Below are positions 10,147-19,089 of a stretch of 56,830 bases of DNA, piece by piece. The translations under genes were made by a program, and so were the position numbers. Each line of letters starts with the position of its first letter. Positions within the stretch are counted from its first letter, which is position 1. The stretch is from a virus (Duplodnaviria > Caudoviricetes). Location: positions 1 through 56,830 of IMG/VR virus record IMGVR_UViG_3300025872_000066; one strand, given 5' to 3'. The notes beneath the pieces are model-generated. The model did no database searches. It was given only the letters and a program-made list of their open reading frames with translations, and had not been told where the DNA came from.

Positions 10147-11142
10147 CTAGAGAGCCCCGTCTTTGACCAGCTGTGCCCGAAGGCGTTCCTCAAACGACTG
10201 CTTCGGGCGTGGTGCCCGGGGCTCCGTTGCCCCGCCGCTCCTGCTCGGCGCTCTGGTCGCACGCTCGCGCAGGAACTGCATGTTCTGTTGCGCAACAGGC
10301 TCAGGCTGCGGCATCGCCGGAGGGGCCGGCGGCTGCGCCATCGCATACTGCATTTGCTGATACCGCAGGTTCAGAAGGTCGCGCTCCAGCATCCCGGTGG
10401 CGTACTGCCATCTGGCATTCGGATCGGCAATCCCTGACTGAGCCGCTTGTTCGATGTAGGCCTGGATCGCCCGGCCTTCCGGGCTGACGTTTCCTTGGGC
10501 GTCGTAGAGCCAGTCAGAGTTCTGCTGCTCAAGGCTCTGGACGTAGTTTTGTGCGGTGTACTGACCGAGGCTCTGCTGGACCAGCTCCTGGGCCTTCTGC
10601 ATCGCCACTTCTTCGATGAATGGCTTGAGCGTCCCTTCAGGATCGGTGACGAACTTCTTGGCGAACTGGGCCGTGTAGGCCTGGTAGTCGCGGATGGCGG
10701 CCTGGGCCTCAAACGGAGCATCGGGGGCGATGATCTCGCGGCCAGTCTCCGGATCCCGGACGATGTACTGCTTCCAGGTGTCTTTGACCTGCGGCGGATC
10801 CCACCACTTGGGCTTGGCGGGCTGGGCTGGCGCTTGGGCCTGAGCTTGCGACTCCTGCCACTTGCGGAACTGGTCTGCGTTCCGGGCGTAGTCGGCCGTG
10901 ATGGCCTGGTACTGGCGGAGCTGCTGCTGGGCCGCCTGGTAACCCTGGCGGCTCTGGTACAGATCGCGTGCGATGGAGACGTCATCCGCGCCGGAATACT
11001 CCGGCAGCGACTTAAACGCATCCCACACGCTCTGCTGTGGCGCGGCTTGCTGCGGCGAGTTGTCAAAGGACTGCGAGGATGGAGACGACTGAACTTCAGG
11101 GGCCGGGGACGCTTCCTGACTCTGGACGACTTCTTCGCTCAT
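10147..11142 (-). CDS. capsid scaffolding protein
   Basis: 331 aa, Gln/Ala-rich coiled coil with a disordered N-terminus and a short C-terminal helix (SFEERLRAQL), immediately upstream of the MCP. Confidence 0.75.
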   Translation of the reverse strand: MSEEVVQSQEASPAPEVQSSPSSQSFDNSPQQAAPQQSVWDAFKSLPEYSGADDVSIARDLYQSRQGYQAAQQQLRQYQAITADYARNADQFRKWQESQAQAQAPAQPAKPKWWDPPQVKDTWKQYIVRDPETGREIIAPDAPFEAQAAIRDYQAYTAQFAKKFVTDPEGTLKPFIEEVAMQKAQELVQQSLGQYTAQNYVQSLEQQNSDWLYDAQGNVSPEGRAIQAYIEQAAQSGIADPNARWQYATGMLERDLLNLRYQQMQYAMAQPPAPPAMPQPEPVAQQNMQFLRERATRAPSRSGGATEPRAPRPKQSFEERLRAQLVKDGAL

Positions 11143-11217
11143 CTCTTTCCTTTCAAGCGGCTAGGGGGTGCCTGTGGAAAGAGTGCCCAGCGTCTCCAAA
11201 CGGGAATCCGATTTTTG

Positions 11218-11811
11218 CTACCGATACGGAATCGGCTCGTTCCACTTTGTGCTGAACAGCACGCCTTTTTGACGGTCGCTCATTTCCCGCGACATCTGCA
11301 TCTGCCTCTCAGCCATATAACGCTCATGCTTGAGGCGTTCGATGAGCAGTTTCAGCTCGGCATCACTGCGGGCGGACATCATCGCCTTCTCATGCTCTAG
11401 CCGCCTCGCTTCACGCTCTTGCGCGACTCGCGAGTCTAGCTCGTCACCGATAGCGCCCATGACGTCAGATGCCATGCCTCGCTGCAGGCTCATCTGCTGA
11501 TAGGGATTAAACATTGCACCTCCACTATGCTGTTCTGATTGGCGGAAAAACGTGGGCTGCTGTGTCGGGGTGGCTGGTTGGCGCGGTTGGCCTGCTTGTC
11601 TGGCTGCGGCCTCACGCTGCTTGCGGGCCTGAAGATCCTCCAGCATCTGATCCGGGGTCTCGTACATGTCGGACGAGACGTATTGCTCGCGCGCGTAGCC
11701 GCCGAGCGATGCCAGCTTCTGTAGCGTCGGCAGGTCTGCGCCCGGGTTATTGCGGACCAGCTCCTGGAGGTCCGCGTAGTACCCCTTCGTAGCTGGTTTA
11801 TAAGTGGCCAT
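11218..11811 (-). CDS. hypothetical helical protein
   Basis: About 197 aa, Met/Gln/Arg-rich, in the late operon. Confidence 0.7.
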   Translation of the reverse strand: MATYKPATKGYYADLQELVRNNPGADLPTLQKLASLGGYAREQYVSSDMYETPDQMLEDLQARKQREAAARQAGQPRQPATPTQQPTFFRQSEQHSGGAMFNPYQQMSLQRGMASDVMGAIGDELDSRVAQEREARRLEHEKAMMSARSDAELKLLIERLKHERYMAERQMQMSREMSDRQKGVLFSTKWNEPIPYR

Positions 11812-12140
11812 CACTTATCAGTGCCCTGACTGCCGGGCGGAAGGCCAAGATACTTAGCCCCGGCGTCGTTTAACCAGGCGTGTCGCTTGCGGCATCCGCA
11901 GTCCTTGACGCCCACGGCATTGGCCGCCGCCTGCGCGCGTTCCTTGGTTATCCCTACAGCGTTCAGGCCAGACGCCACTAGGTCCCCCAGGCCGGGCCGT
12001 GCCCGCGGGTAGGCCGGATGTTGCTCGTCAACAACGATGCGTTCGCCATCCTGGCTGACAATGCACGGCGCGACTTGCTCCATGGTGTAGCCTCTCTGCA
12101 AGCATCGCTCTTTCAGGTGCGAGATGCGGCAGGAAATCAT
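11811..12140 (-). CDS. hypothetical protein with GLGD...CGC..R...LN motif
   Basis: 109 aa, GLGDLVASGLNAVGIT and DCGCRKRHAWLN; coupled to the Cys-rich gene. Confidence 0.75.
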   Translation of the reverse strand: MISCRISHLKERCLQRGYTMEQVAPCIVSQDGERIVVDEQHPAYPRARPGLGDLVASGLNAVGITKERAQAAANAVGVKDCGCRKRHAWLNDAGAKYLGLPPGSQGTDK

Positions 12141-12838
12141 GGCAGCGGGTTCTCGCAGAGCGAGACTTCCAGTGAGTCGGCGCAGGCCTTATAGCCAGAG
12201 GATTGGCACGCCGCCTTGGTGATTTGCGTGCATGAAACGGCCTCCGGTCCTGTAAAGCAGGGCGGGTCGTAGAGGTAAGGCGACCCATCGCAGTCGCCGG
12301 AGATGACCTCACCGAACGGATAGTCAAAGCCGCTGACGCACTCGCTGCAATCGTCCACTACACGGACGCGATAGTACCATTGCGATCCGTAGGCCGTAGT
12401 CCAATCGTCGCATACGTTGGGGTTATAGCAGTCCCCTGTGTCGAACCTGTTTTGCCTTCCCGGCGACGTCCCGGCACAGCCTGACACGCCAGTGTTAGCC
12501 TGGTAGTACTGATACGTTGACCACACCCTCAGCGTGCCGGCCGGCTGCGATGTTGGTATCGGGTCGGACACCCGGCTGCCAGGAGAGGAATAGTCAAACT
12601 CATAGTAGGACCACACCTTCTCCGTACACAGATATCGGTACGAGCAGCACATACAGACGTTAGTACATTCAATACTGGCGTTCCAGGTTCCGCCCGCGGA
12701 TTCGCAGTCCTGCTGCGTCGTCTTTGTGTCGTCTTTAACGCCGTCCACGCAACAGCAGCCTCCACAGCAGCAGCCTTCACCAGTCGCCAACTGGCCATTG
12801 ACGAGCAGGAGCTGACCATCGCGGAGGTAGACCGTCAT
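12137..12838 (-). CDS. cysteine-rich protein
   Basis: 233 aa with 23 Cys by hand count, including CCCGGCCC. Confidence 0.8.
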   Translation of the reverse strand: MTVYLRDGQLLLVNGQLATGEGCCCGGCCCVDGVKDDTKTTQQDCESAGGTWNASIECTNVCMCCSYRYLCTEKVWSYYEFDYSSPGSRVSDPIPTSQPAGTLRVWSTYQYYQANTGVSGCAGTSPGRQNRFDTGDCYNPNVCDDWTTAYGSQWYYRVRVVDDCSECVSGFDYPFGEVISGDCDGSPYLYDPPCFTGPEAVSCTQITKAACQSSGYKACADSLEVSLCENPLP

Positions 12839-12840
12839 GG

Positions 12841-13521
12841 CTAACGCGCAGGGAGGAGCTGCCGCACCCGCTGTGCAGGATCGCTATTGGGCAGGCGGCG
12901 GATGAGCTGGCCGGAGGCGGTTTCTAGGTAAGCGGGAATCCCTTTTCCGTAGCGGGCGTTGTCGGCAGCACTGACGAGATTGGCCAGGGCGCGATAACCG
13001 TACTTGGCGGCCGGCCGAATGCCGAGCGTCATGTAGTTGGCAGGGTCGGTAGCGACGTCGATCAGCAGGCCCATGCCAGGAGAGGTGTGCTTCCGCCAGT
13101 CATCATCAGCGTCGATGCCGCCGGCCGCCATGGACGGGACGAGCGGTGACGCCACTGCCCTGCCGGCTAGCACTGCGGAGCCTTCAAAGTTGCCCTTCGC
13201 GGCCTCCTGCATCGCACGGAAGGCGGTGTCGCGCGGGCGGGCGCCGATGTTCCACACGTAGTCTGCAGCGGCGCCGGCGTCTTCATAGACCTCCGGAGTG
13301 ACGGCCGGCTTGTAAAGGGCATCGGCAGCCATGTTCATCATGGCCGCCCGTGGATCGACCTCGCCCCAGTCTCCCAGCTGCTCGCCGCGGTGCGCCATGA
13401 GCCGGAGCTGCTCGTAGGCCTGCTGGTTGCGTACTTGCTCGTAATCAGCACGCTGCTGCTGTCGGGCCATCTCTCGCTGGCCCTCGCTGCCGAACAGGTA
13501 GTCACCCCAGTTCTCGGCCAT
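12841..13521 (-). CDS. hypothetical protein, internal-virion-like
   Basis: 226 aa, TAATG coupling to the upstream gene; DVATDPANY resembles the DP-x-[NS]-Y segment of the 1178-aa protein. Confidence 0.7.
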   Translation of the reverse strand: MAENWGDYLFGSEGQREMARQQQRADYEQVRNQQAYEQLRLMAHRGEQLGDWGEVDPRAAMMNMAADALYKPAVTPEVYEDAGAAADYVWNIGARPRDTAFRAMQEAAKGNFEGSAVLAGRAVASPLVPSMAAGGIDADDDWRKHTSPGMGLLIDVATDPANYMTLGIRPAAKYGYRALANLVSAADNARYGKGIPAYLETASGQLIRRLPNSDPAQRVRQLLPAR

Positions 13522-13781
13522 TACCACTTCACCTTCGCAGCCCAGTAGGCCGCAGACGTCGGCCCCTTGTCGATGTTCTTCTGATGACGGGCGAACCAGG
13601 CCTCGCGACGGGCCCGGTAGTCCTCCGATTCACCGTCCTTGGGGGGAGAACCTTGGACGCCCTGCTCACCGAAGCGGATGATCTTCCCGTCGTACTTCAC
13701 CACATGCGACTTGGTGGGGTGATTTGGCGTGCGGACGGGGACGCCTTCTCGGAGCTTGCGGATGTTATCTTCGCTGCCCAT
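13521..13781 (-). CDS. conserved small phage protein (RFG.QG...SAAYWA.KVKW family)
   Basis: 86 aa, KIIRFGEQG, FARH and SAAYWAAKVKW; GAGG RBS. Confidence 0.8.
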   Translation of the reverse strand: MGSEDNIRKLREGVPVRTPNHPTKSHVVKYDGKIIRFGEQGVQGSPPKDGESEDYRARREAWFARHQKNIDKGPTSAAYWAAKVKW

Positions 13782-13853
13782 TCCTCAGCTCCTCCAGAAG
13801 ACGGCGGATTGCGTCTTCCTGCTTGCAGTCCTGGCACCCGCATCCCATTGGCT

Positions 13854-14192
13854 TCACCTGCCGCCACGCATCGGCGGGAACATTGGTGCGCCACGCTCGC
13901 CAGCGACCTGCATGAGCCGCTGTCGCTGAAGATGCACGGTCTTGGGATCAATGCCCTTAGCCTTCAGTGAGTCAAACTTTTCCCAGGACATCATCATGCC
14001 GTCTTCGTCCAGCACGTTAGGGTTCGCGCACTCGCCGCGCAGGTTGCGATAACCGCACTTCGTTTTATATGCGGCGATCTGGTTGCTGGTGTTTTCGTCA
14101 AAGCTGAGCGGCCCCTGAGTGTTGACCTGCTCTACCTGCATCTGGCCGCCCTGGCCAAGCAGGCTGCGGATCTTGTTGCCGTAATCATCCAT
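13854..14192 (-). CDS. hypothetical protein
   Basis: About 112 aa starting MDDYGNKIRSLL. Confidence 0.7.
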   Translation of the reverse strand: MDDYGNKIRSLLGQGGQMQVEQVNTQGPLSFDENTSNQIAAYKTKCGYRNLRGECANPNVLDEDGMMMSWEKFDSLKAKGIDPKTVHLQRQRLMQVAGERGAPMFPPMRGGR

Positions 14193-14224
14193 GGAAATCA
14201 CCTTTGTTGAGTAGAACGTCGCCT

Positions 14225-14824
14225 TTAGTAACCAGCCGGGATTCGCCTGCGCAGGATCTGCCGGTCGAACTCGTCCGCAATCGCCGTCTCTTCCGGATCA
14301 CTGTCAGGCGCAAGGGCACCGTACAGGGTGCCTCCAACCCCTACAGCAGTAGCGCCGGCGGCGACAGGGTTATCACGCACAAACCTGGCCGCACGCAGGA
14401 GCGGATCGACTGCTGCGTAAACGTGTGGGTCTTTCTGGCGATATGCGGGAACATGCCAGTCTAGAATTGCGCCCGGATCACGGGACGCGAGGCGGGCAAG
14501 CAGCTCGTCCTCAAACGGGCCGCCGCGGGCACGGGCCCAGAGCGGAACCGCATCTGCTAGGTCTGGGTTTTCCCGGGACGCACGGAAGATGCCGTGCATG
14601 GCCTCATGCCGCTTAACGGCACGTGCGTTTGGAAGAGTTGGGTCATAGAACGCCGTTGGTCGCGGCAGGCCCATCTTGGCCGCAAGAGCCTCGGGGGCGT
14701 AGAATCCCGCTTTGGGGAGCCCGTCGATGGCGCCGCTAGCAACGTCCGCGATCACACCGGATGCCGGAATGGGCTTGACGTCGAACATCCGGCGCGCGGC
14801 CAGGAGCTTACGGAGGTTACTCAT
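14225..14824 (-). CDS. putative zinc metallopeptidase-like protein (HExxH)
   Basis: RHEAMHG plus downstream EDELLAR; ATG 14824 after GAGGAG. Confidence 0.6.
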   Translation of the reverse strand: MSNLRKLLAARRMFDVKPIPASGVIADVASGAIDGLPKAGFYAPEALAAKMGLPRPTAFYDPTLPNARAVKRHEAMHGIFRASRENPDLADAVPLWARARGGPFEDELLARLASRDPGAILDWHVPAYRQKDPHVYAAVDPLLRAARFVRDNPVAAGATAVGVGGTLYGALAPDSDPEETAIADEFDRQILRRRIPAGY

Positions 14825-14856
14825 CCCACTCCTCAAACAGCCACCAGAAGGGGTTC

Positions 14857-15138
14857 TCAGCCGCGACCTTGTCGATATCCGACATACGGCGCCTGCGGTG
14901 CTGGGCGTGTGCGGCGGTAGCTAATGCCGCCGTCGAATGGGCTTTCAACAGCCTCCAGGCCGTATGCGGAGAGATCGGCGCCCAGGGCGCTCTCTGGCGG
15001 CAGCTCGTCGCTCAGGAACTGCTGCGGCTGCTGAGCGGCACGCTGCTTTTCCATGAGCCGCCGGATGCGGACCTCGGTGGGGAGCGGAACGCCATAGGGA
15101 TCGTAGAAGTCAGGATCGTAGCTGTTGGAATACGGCAC
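14857..15138 (-). CDS. hypothetical protein
   Basis: GTG at 15138 after AGGAG; 93 aa containing RIRRLME. Confidence 0.65.
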   Translation of the reverse strand: MPYSNSYDPDFYDPYGVPLPTEVRIRRLMEKQRAAQQPQQFLSDELPPESALGADLSAYGLEAVESPFDGGISYRRTRPAPQAPYVGYRQGRG

Positions 15139-15139
15139 G

Positions 15140-16180
15140 TTAGTTCTCCTGTGTACTAATGCCCACGGCAGGCACGGCCAGAAGCCCGCCGTTGCGGATG
15201 AAGTTCCGCAGAACCCACTCTGGAGTCTCGCCCATGCGTGCGGCCTGCTCACGGACCACTGCCTCCAGGGCGTGGGAGAACGTGGGGTCGGTAGACTCCA
15301 CGCCCGTCGCAGCGGCGCCGCCCATCCAGCGAGCCGACTGTAACTCCGCAGGAGAGAGCCCGGCCCGGTTGGCCATGCCGGTCATCATCTGCTCAGCCGC
15401 CACGTACTCGTTGGGCGTCAGCTGGCCCTTGGCCCAGGTCTTCTCACGGGAGTTCCAGGCTGCCGGCACGCCCAGACGCATCCCTTCATGCCGATCACCC
15501 GTCCATGGCTGCAGATTCCCACGCAGGTTCTCACGGAACGAGAGAATCTTGTGGGCCGCACCAGGCTCCGCGGCACGCCACAGCTGATCGCCAGCTAGGA
15601 AGCGGCTGGTCCACATGGCATCGTTGTTCCGTGCCACGGACCCATAGCCCTTGGGCGGAGGATTGTCGGCCAGCCACTCCTTGGCCGCCGCCTTGGTGTC
15701 GATGTCATCAGGCAGCAATCCCTCCAGGGCCTGTTGGCGGTACCAGCTCGCCTTGCGGAGGTTGCTCTTCACCGGCGCGGCAGAAGACGTCCCGGCCACC
15801 ATCGCCGTCAGGAAGTCGAACGCCTTGTTGCCCTCGTCCTCTCCAAGCTCGTAGATGAACTGCTGCCTCACGGGCTCGTTGTGGTACCAGGCATGGGCAC
15901 CATCCTGCATGCCGCGTTCAACGTCCTTGTAGAGCGTCCGTTTGCGATTCGCGAACCCCTGCTGCACATCAGAAGGCCCGCGTCTGGTCTGGTATCGGGC
16001 GATGGGGAGCTGTTCGACACCGACAACGGGAGCGACCTCACGCATCTCCAGGAGCGACAGGGCAGGGGGCCGGACTTCCCGCAACTGGCGAAGCCGCGCC
16101 AGCATGGTGTCCGTGGCGGAGGGTTTAACAACCCAGTCCACGGCAGGGGCGAGACGGCGGATATCAGACACACCGGCCAC
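15140..16180 (-). CDS. putative DNA-glycosylase-like domain protein of the type found in phage polyvalent proteins
   Basis: Motif series WY...A.TS...V..N...K..SF..N...T.D.H..R...LQS.RW, recognised from memory. Confidence 0.55.
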   Translation of the reverse strand: MAGVSDIRRLAPAVDWVVKPSATDTMLARLRQLREVRPPALSLLEMREVAPVVGVEQLPIARYQTRRGPSDVQQGFANRKRTLYKDVERGMQDGAHAWYHNEPVRQQFIYELGEDEGNKAFDFLTAMVAGTSSAAPVKSNLRKASWYRQQALEGLLPDDIDTKAAAKEWLADNPPPKGYGSVARNNDAMWTSRFLAGDQLWRAAEPGAAHKILSFRENLRGNLQPWTGDRHEGMRLGVPAAWNSREKTWAKGQLTPNEYVAAEQMMTGMANRAGLSPAELQSARWMGGAAATGVESTDPTFSHALEAVVREQAARMGETPEWVLRNFIRNGGLLAVPAVGISTQEN

Positions 16181-17172
16181 TATTCATCCTCCAGGGCAGC
16201 GCCAGCCGCAATCGGCGCGAGTAGTCCGTACTGGCGGAGGATGCGGATCTTGTCCTCGGTGCCGGGGAACATCACGTAGTTGCGGGTGCCAGTTGGCCCG
16301 TAGTTGATTCCCTGCTGCCGCGACAACTGATCCAGATACCGAATGCCCGGGAAGCCGCCGTCGCGAACCGCGTCCGCAACGAGCCTCTTGGACACCTGAT
16401 TTCCAATTTGCTCTGGCATTTTCCACGTTTCGGCGTTCTCGCTGAGCGCATCCTGCAATCTGCCGTAGGCTTGCGATCCAGAGCCGTCAATTTCCAGGAC
16501 ACGGTCAAGCATCGCCACCGGAGGCTCATGCGGAAGCGTGGTGGACATTTTCTGAAAGAACTTTAAGGCGCGTGGCTGCTGTGACAGCGGGGCATCCCAG
16601 TCCAATAGCGATTGCTCCGGGGCGTCAATCGCTACCTCGTACATGTGCCCGCTGTTATGCCCAACAGTCTTTCCAGTGTAGTAGTCCAGGCCAGCGAGCC
16701 TTTCTGCATGCCGGTCCCTGCGCACTCTCAGCTCTGCCATTTCGGCCGGCAACCCTTTTGTGGCATCACTTTCCCAGCCGCCAAGAGAGTTAAACCGCTC
16801 TTGCAATTTCGCGAGACGATCAGAAAGCCTGTCATGTTCCATCTGCGCGAATTGCCGCAAAACGGACTCGTCTTCGCCCATGGCGAGCAAGACGGCGACA
16901 TCTCTGTGCGGAGCGTTGGGGTTTAGGATTTGCCCGTCCGCTACAAGCTGGCCGGACAGCGAATCGCGGTACGACTTGGCTGTCGGCTCCGCCCCTGCGA
17001 AGTACATCCCGTACCCATACGCCTGGGCACCTTCGCCCGTGCCGATCTTGCTTGCGTCGAATCGGTTGAAGCTATGCGGGCTACCGTGATACGCCCGGAT
17101 GTACTTCTGCGGCAGAGGAACGTCAGAGACTAACGCAGCGATGCGTCGGCCCAGCTTATCGGCGGCAGGCAT
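16180..17172 (-). CDS. putative ADP-ribosyltransferase-like protein (polyvalent-protein ART-type domain)
   Basis: AYHGSPHSFNRFDASKIGTGEGAQAYGYGMYFA...GHMYEV...GIRYLD...NYVMF. Confidence 0.65.
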   Translation of the reverse strand: MPAADKLGRRIAALVSDVPLPQKYIRAYHGSPHSFNRFDASKIGTGEGAQAYGYGMYFAGAEPTAKSYRDSLSGQLVADGQILNPNAPHRDVAVLLAMGEDESVLRQFAQMEHDRLSDRLAKLQERFNSLGGWESDATKGLPAEMAELRVRRDRHAERLAGLDYYTGKTVGHNSGHMYEVAIDAPEQSLLDWDAPLSQQPRALKFFQKMSTTLPHEPPVAMLDRVLEIDGSGSQAYGRLQDALSENAETWKMPEQIGNQVSKRLVADAVRDGGFPGIRYLDQLSRQQGINYGPTGTRNYVMFPGTEDKIRILRQYGLLAPIAAGAALEDE

Positions 17173-17212
17173 ATATCACTCCCGGTACACCTATCAGTGC
17201 CCGCCAGGAACA

Positions 17213-17241
17213 AGAAAGCCCCCGGAGCGTCCTCCGGGGGC
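17213..17241 (-). terminator. terminator separating the leftward GC-rich unit from the late operon
   Basis: GCCCCCGGAG/CTCCGGGGGC 10-bp stem followed by TTTCTT on the minus strand. Confidence 0.65.
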
Positions 17242-17509
17242 GTAGTGGCTACCGTGATGTCATGCACAGTGCCGGCGGGTCGGTGACCTCCGATTCCCGG
17301 GGCCTCATATCGTTGCCCAAGCGGCGTGTTTCGTAGCCGACACGCAAGCAGCACCAGGTTGTCGCAAACGTCTTCGCCCCGGTGATACGAACCAGTGTCC
17401 AGCCGGGCCACGTGGCGCTTCAGATTGGCTGTGTTCTCGGTGGGGGAGGGGTGTCAGCGGGCCATATGGCACTTAGAGGGCGGAAAATATCCGGGGGCGG
17501 GATTGACAA

Positions 17510-17602
17510 CCCAGTCGCGAAGCGACTGGGGGGAGAGGGGGCTTCCGAGCGATAGCGAGGAAGCCACCGACAAAACCGCCGAGCATCTGCGACAGCAGAT
17601 GC
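17510..17602. other. cluster of three hairpins, one with a GCGAAGC mini-hairpin core
   Basis: CCCAGTCGC-GAA-GCGACTGGG (17510-17530); GGCTTCC/GGAAGCC (17540-17565); GCATCTGC-GACA-GCAGATGC (17583-17602). Confidence 0.7.
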
Positions 17603-18304
17603 GAGGCGGCGCCGATACTGCTCCGGTGTACACTGCCGCCAACGGCCTCGGCCGCAAGCCGTTGTCGGGCCTCGGGTTAGGTGTCCGCTACGGTTTGGAT
17701 GCCGGATCGGCCATCGTCCGGCCTGCCGCTGTGGTGCGGCTGGTTCTCTGTGGTGTGCGGTGGTGCCCGGGCGGCGGCGGCGGTCGCGGCCGGGTCGCGT
17801 GGGCCGTGCATTGCCCCTCGGCCTCCCTCCCTCCCGGCCGCGTGGACCAGGCGGCGAGCGTCGCGGGCGGTGCGTCGGCCTGGTGCCGGGCGTCGCGGGC
17901 GTGTGCGGTGCGGCAGGTCTTTGTAGCGTCGGGCGTCTGCCATTCCCCGGGGCCGTGCGCGTCCGCTCGGGCCCATGCTGTTGGATCGTCACCGCGGCCG
18001 CGGATCACCCGCGGCCGTTGGCTGGCTCCATCGGTCCTCCCTTGGTTAGTGGTGCGGCCGGATCGCGACCGCCGGTTGTGGTGTACGGTAGCCGCCGGGG
18101 TTGGCTGTCCCCCGGCGGCGTGTGGCGCCGCTGCCGGTTGCAAGCCGGAGCGGCGGATGCGGCCTGACGGCTGGCCGGGGTCGCGGTGCGCGCTACCCTC
18201 GCCCGGTGCCGTACCCGTGTCGGGTTCGCCCCTGCCGGGGCTGTGGCCGTGTGCGGTTGCCCGGGCGGCGGCGCGTGGTCGCTGCCTGCCGCCCGGGCTT
18301 GCCC

Positions 18305-18979
18305 TCATCGGGCGTAATAGGCTGCTACCTGCTGCCGGTACGCTGTGAGGTTCTCACCCGTGAGGGGTTCGGCCTGCACGGCTGCGGCCGGTCGCGGGTC
18401 CGTGTCCCGGTGCAAGCCTCGGCACCCCCTGGCCGGTGGCGTGTAGCCCGGGCCAAGGTCCGTCACGCTGGGGACGGTGTTGGGTTCGTCCCCTTCGCCC
18501 CAGCCGGTGACGGCGTCGCGGACCCATGCTTCGATCCTCGCCCGGCGGCGCGTGGCCACTGGGGACGGGATCACTGGGCCGGCGGCGCTTTCGATGGCTG
18601 CGGCGATTGCATCGGGCCCGGGGCGTCCTGAGACGTCCCGCACCATCAACGGCTCTGCGGCGGGCTGGGCCTCCTGCTGGCCGGTGCGGCGGCGGCGGCG
18701 GGCGTGGCGGTGCCCCTCCTTCGTCATGCTGCCGATGCCGTAGCGCTTGGCGGTGGCGATCCGCCAAGCCACCGCTACCCGTGGGGTGGCGGGGCTGCGG
18801 TCCTTCCATTGCCGGGTCAGGAGGTCCACTAGAACCTCCTGGGCGATCTCGCCTGCCCGGTCGCGGTCTACCCCATGCGTCACCAGCCACCCGACCAAGC
18901 GGCGGCGGGCCTGCTGCCAGTCGGCGGCGGTGGCGGCGGGGAAGTTCAAACCCTCACGGGCGGGGATGGTGGCATACAT
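18305..18979 (-). CDS. protein with a sigma70/ECF region-2-like N-terminus and no evident region 4
   Basis: ATG 18979 after GGAGG. RRRLVGWL..GVDRDRAGEIAQEVLVDL...VAWRIA resembles ECF region 2 (AED..QE). Confidence 0.5.
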   Translation of the reverse strand: MYATIPAREGLNFPAATAADWQQARRRLVGWLVTHGVDRDRAGEIAQEVLVDLLTRQWKDRSPATPRVAVAWRIATAKRYGIGSMTKEGHRHARRRRRTGQQEAQPAAEPLMVRDVSGRPGPDAIAAAIESAAGPVIPSPVATRRRARIEAWVRDAVTGWGEGDEPNTVPSVTDLGPGYTPPARGCRGLHRDTDPRPAAAVQAEPLTGENLTAYRQQVAAYYAR

Positions 18980-19028
18980 GGTATCGGTCCTCCGTTGGTT
19001 GTGCCGGTGTGTCAGCACCGGTGAGGGG

Positions 19029-19058
19029 ATTGTAAGGCAGTCCCCGGGGGCGTGTCAA
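19029..19058 (-). promoter_or_regulatory. sigma70-type promoter
   Basis: TTGACA-N18-TACAAT on the minus strand, 50 nt upstream of the 18979 start. Confidence 0.75.
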
Positions 19059-19089
19059 GTACATCGTCCCCCGGGGCTGTGTGACTGTA

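Noticed and set aside
9412-11400. Long plus-strand ORFs opposite the MCP and scaffold genes (similar cases at 26488-27741, 38987-39925, 41352-42311)
   Set aside because: Antisense shadows of high-GC genes; no motifs, and the opposite strand has clear products.
17290-17411. RGEDVCDNLVLLACR resembles an HNH fragment
   Set aside because: Catalytic His and CxxC are missing, and the ORF runs through a terminator. At most a decayed remnant.
17395-18348. Several long overlapping Arg/Pro/Ala-rich ORFs
   Set aside because: Expected in very GC-rich DNA; none has a recognisable domain, so no CDS was called.
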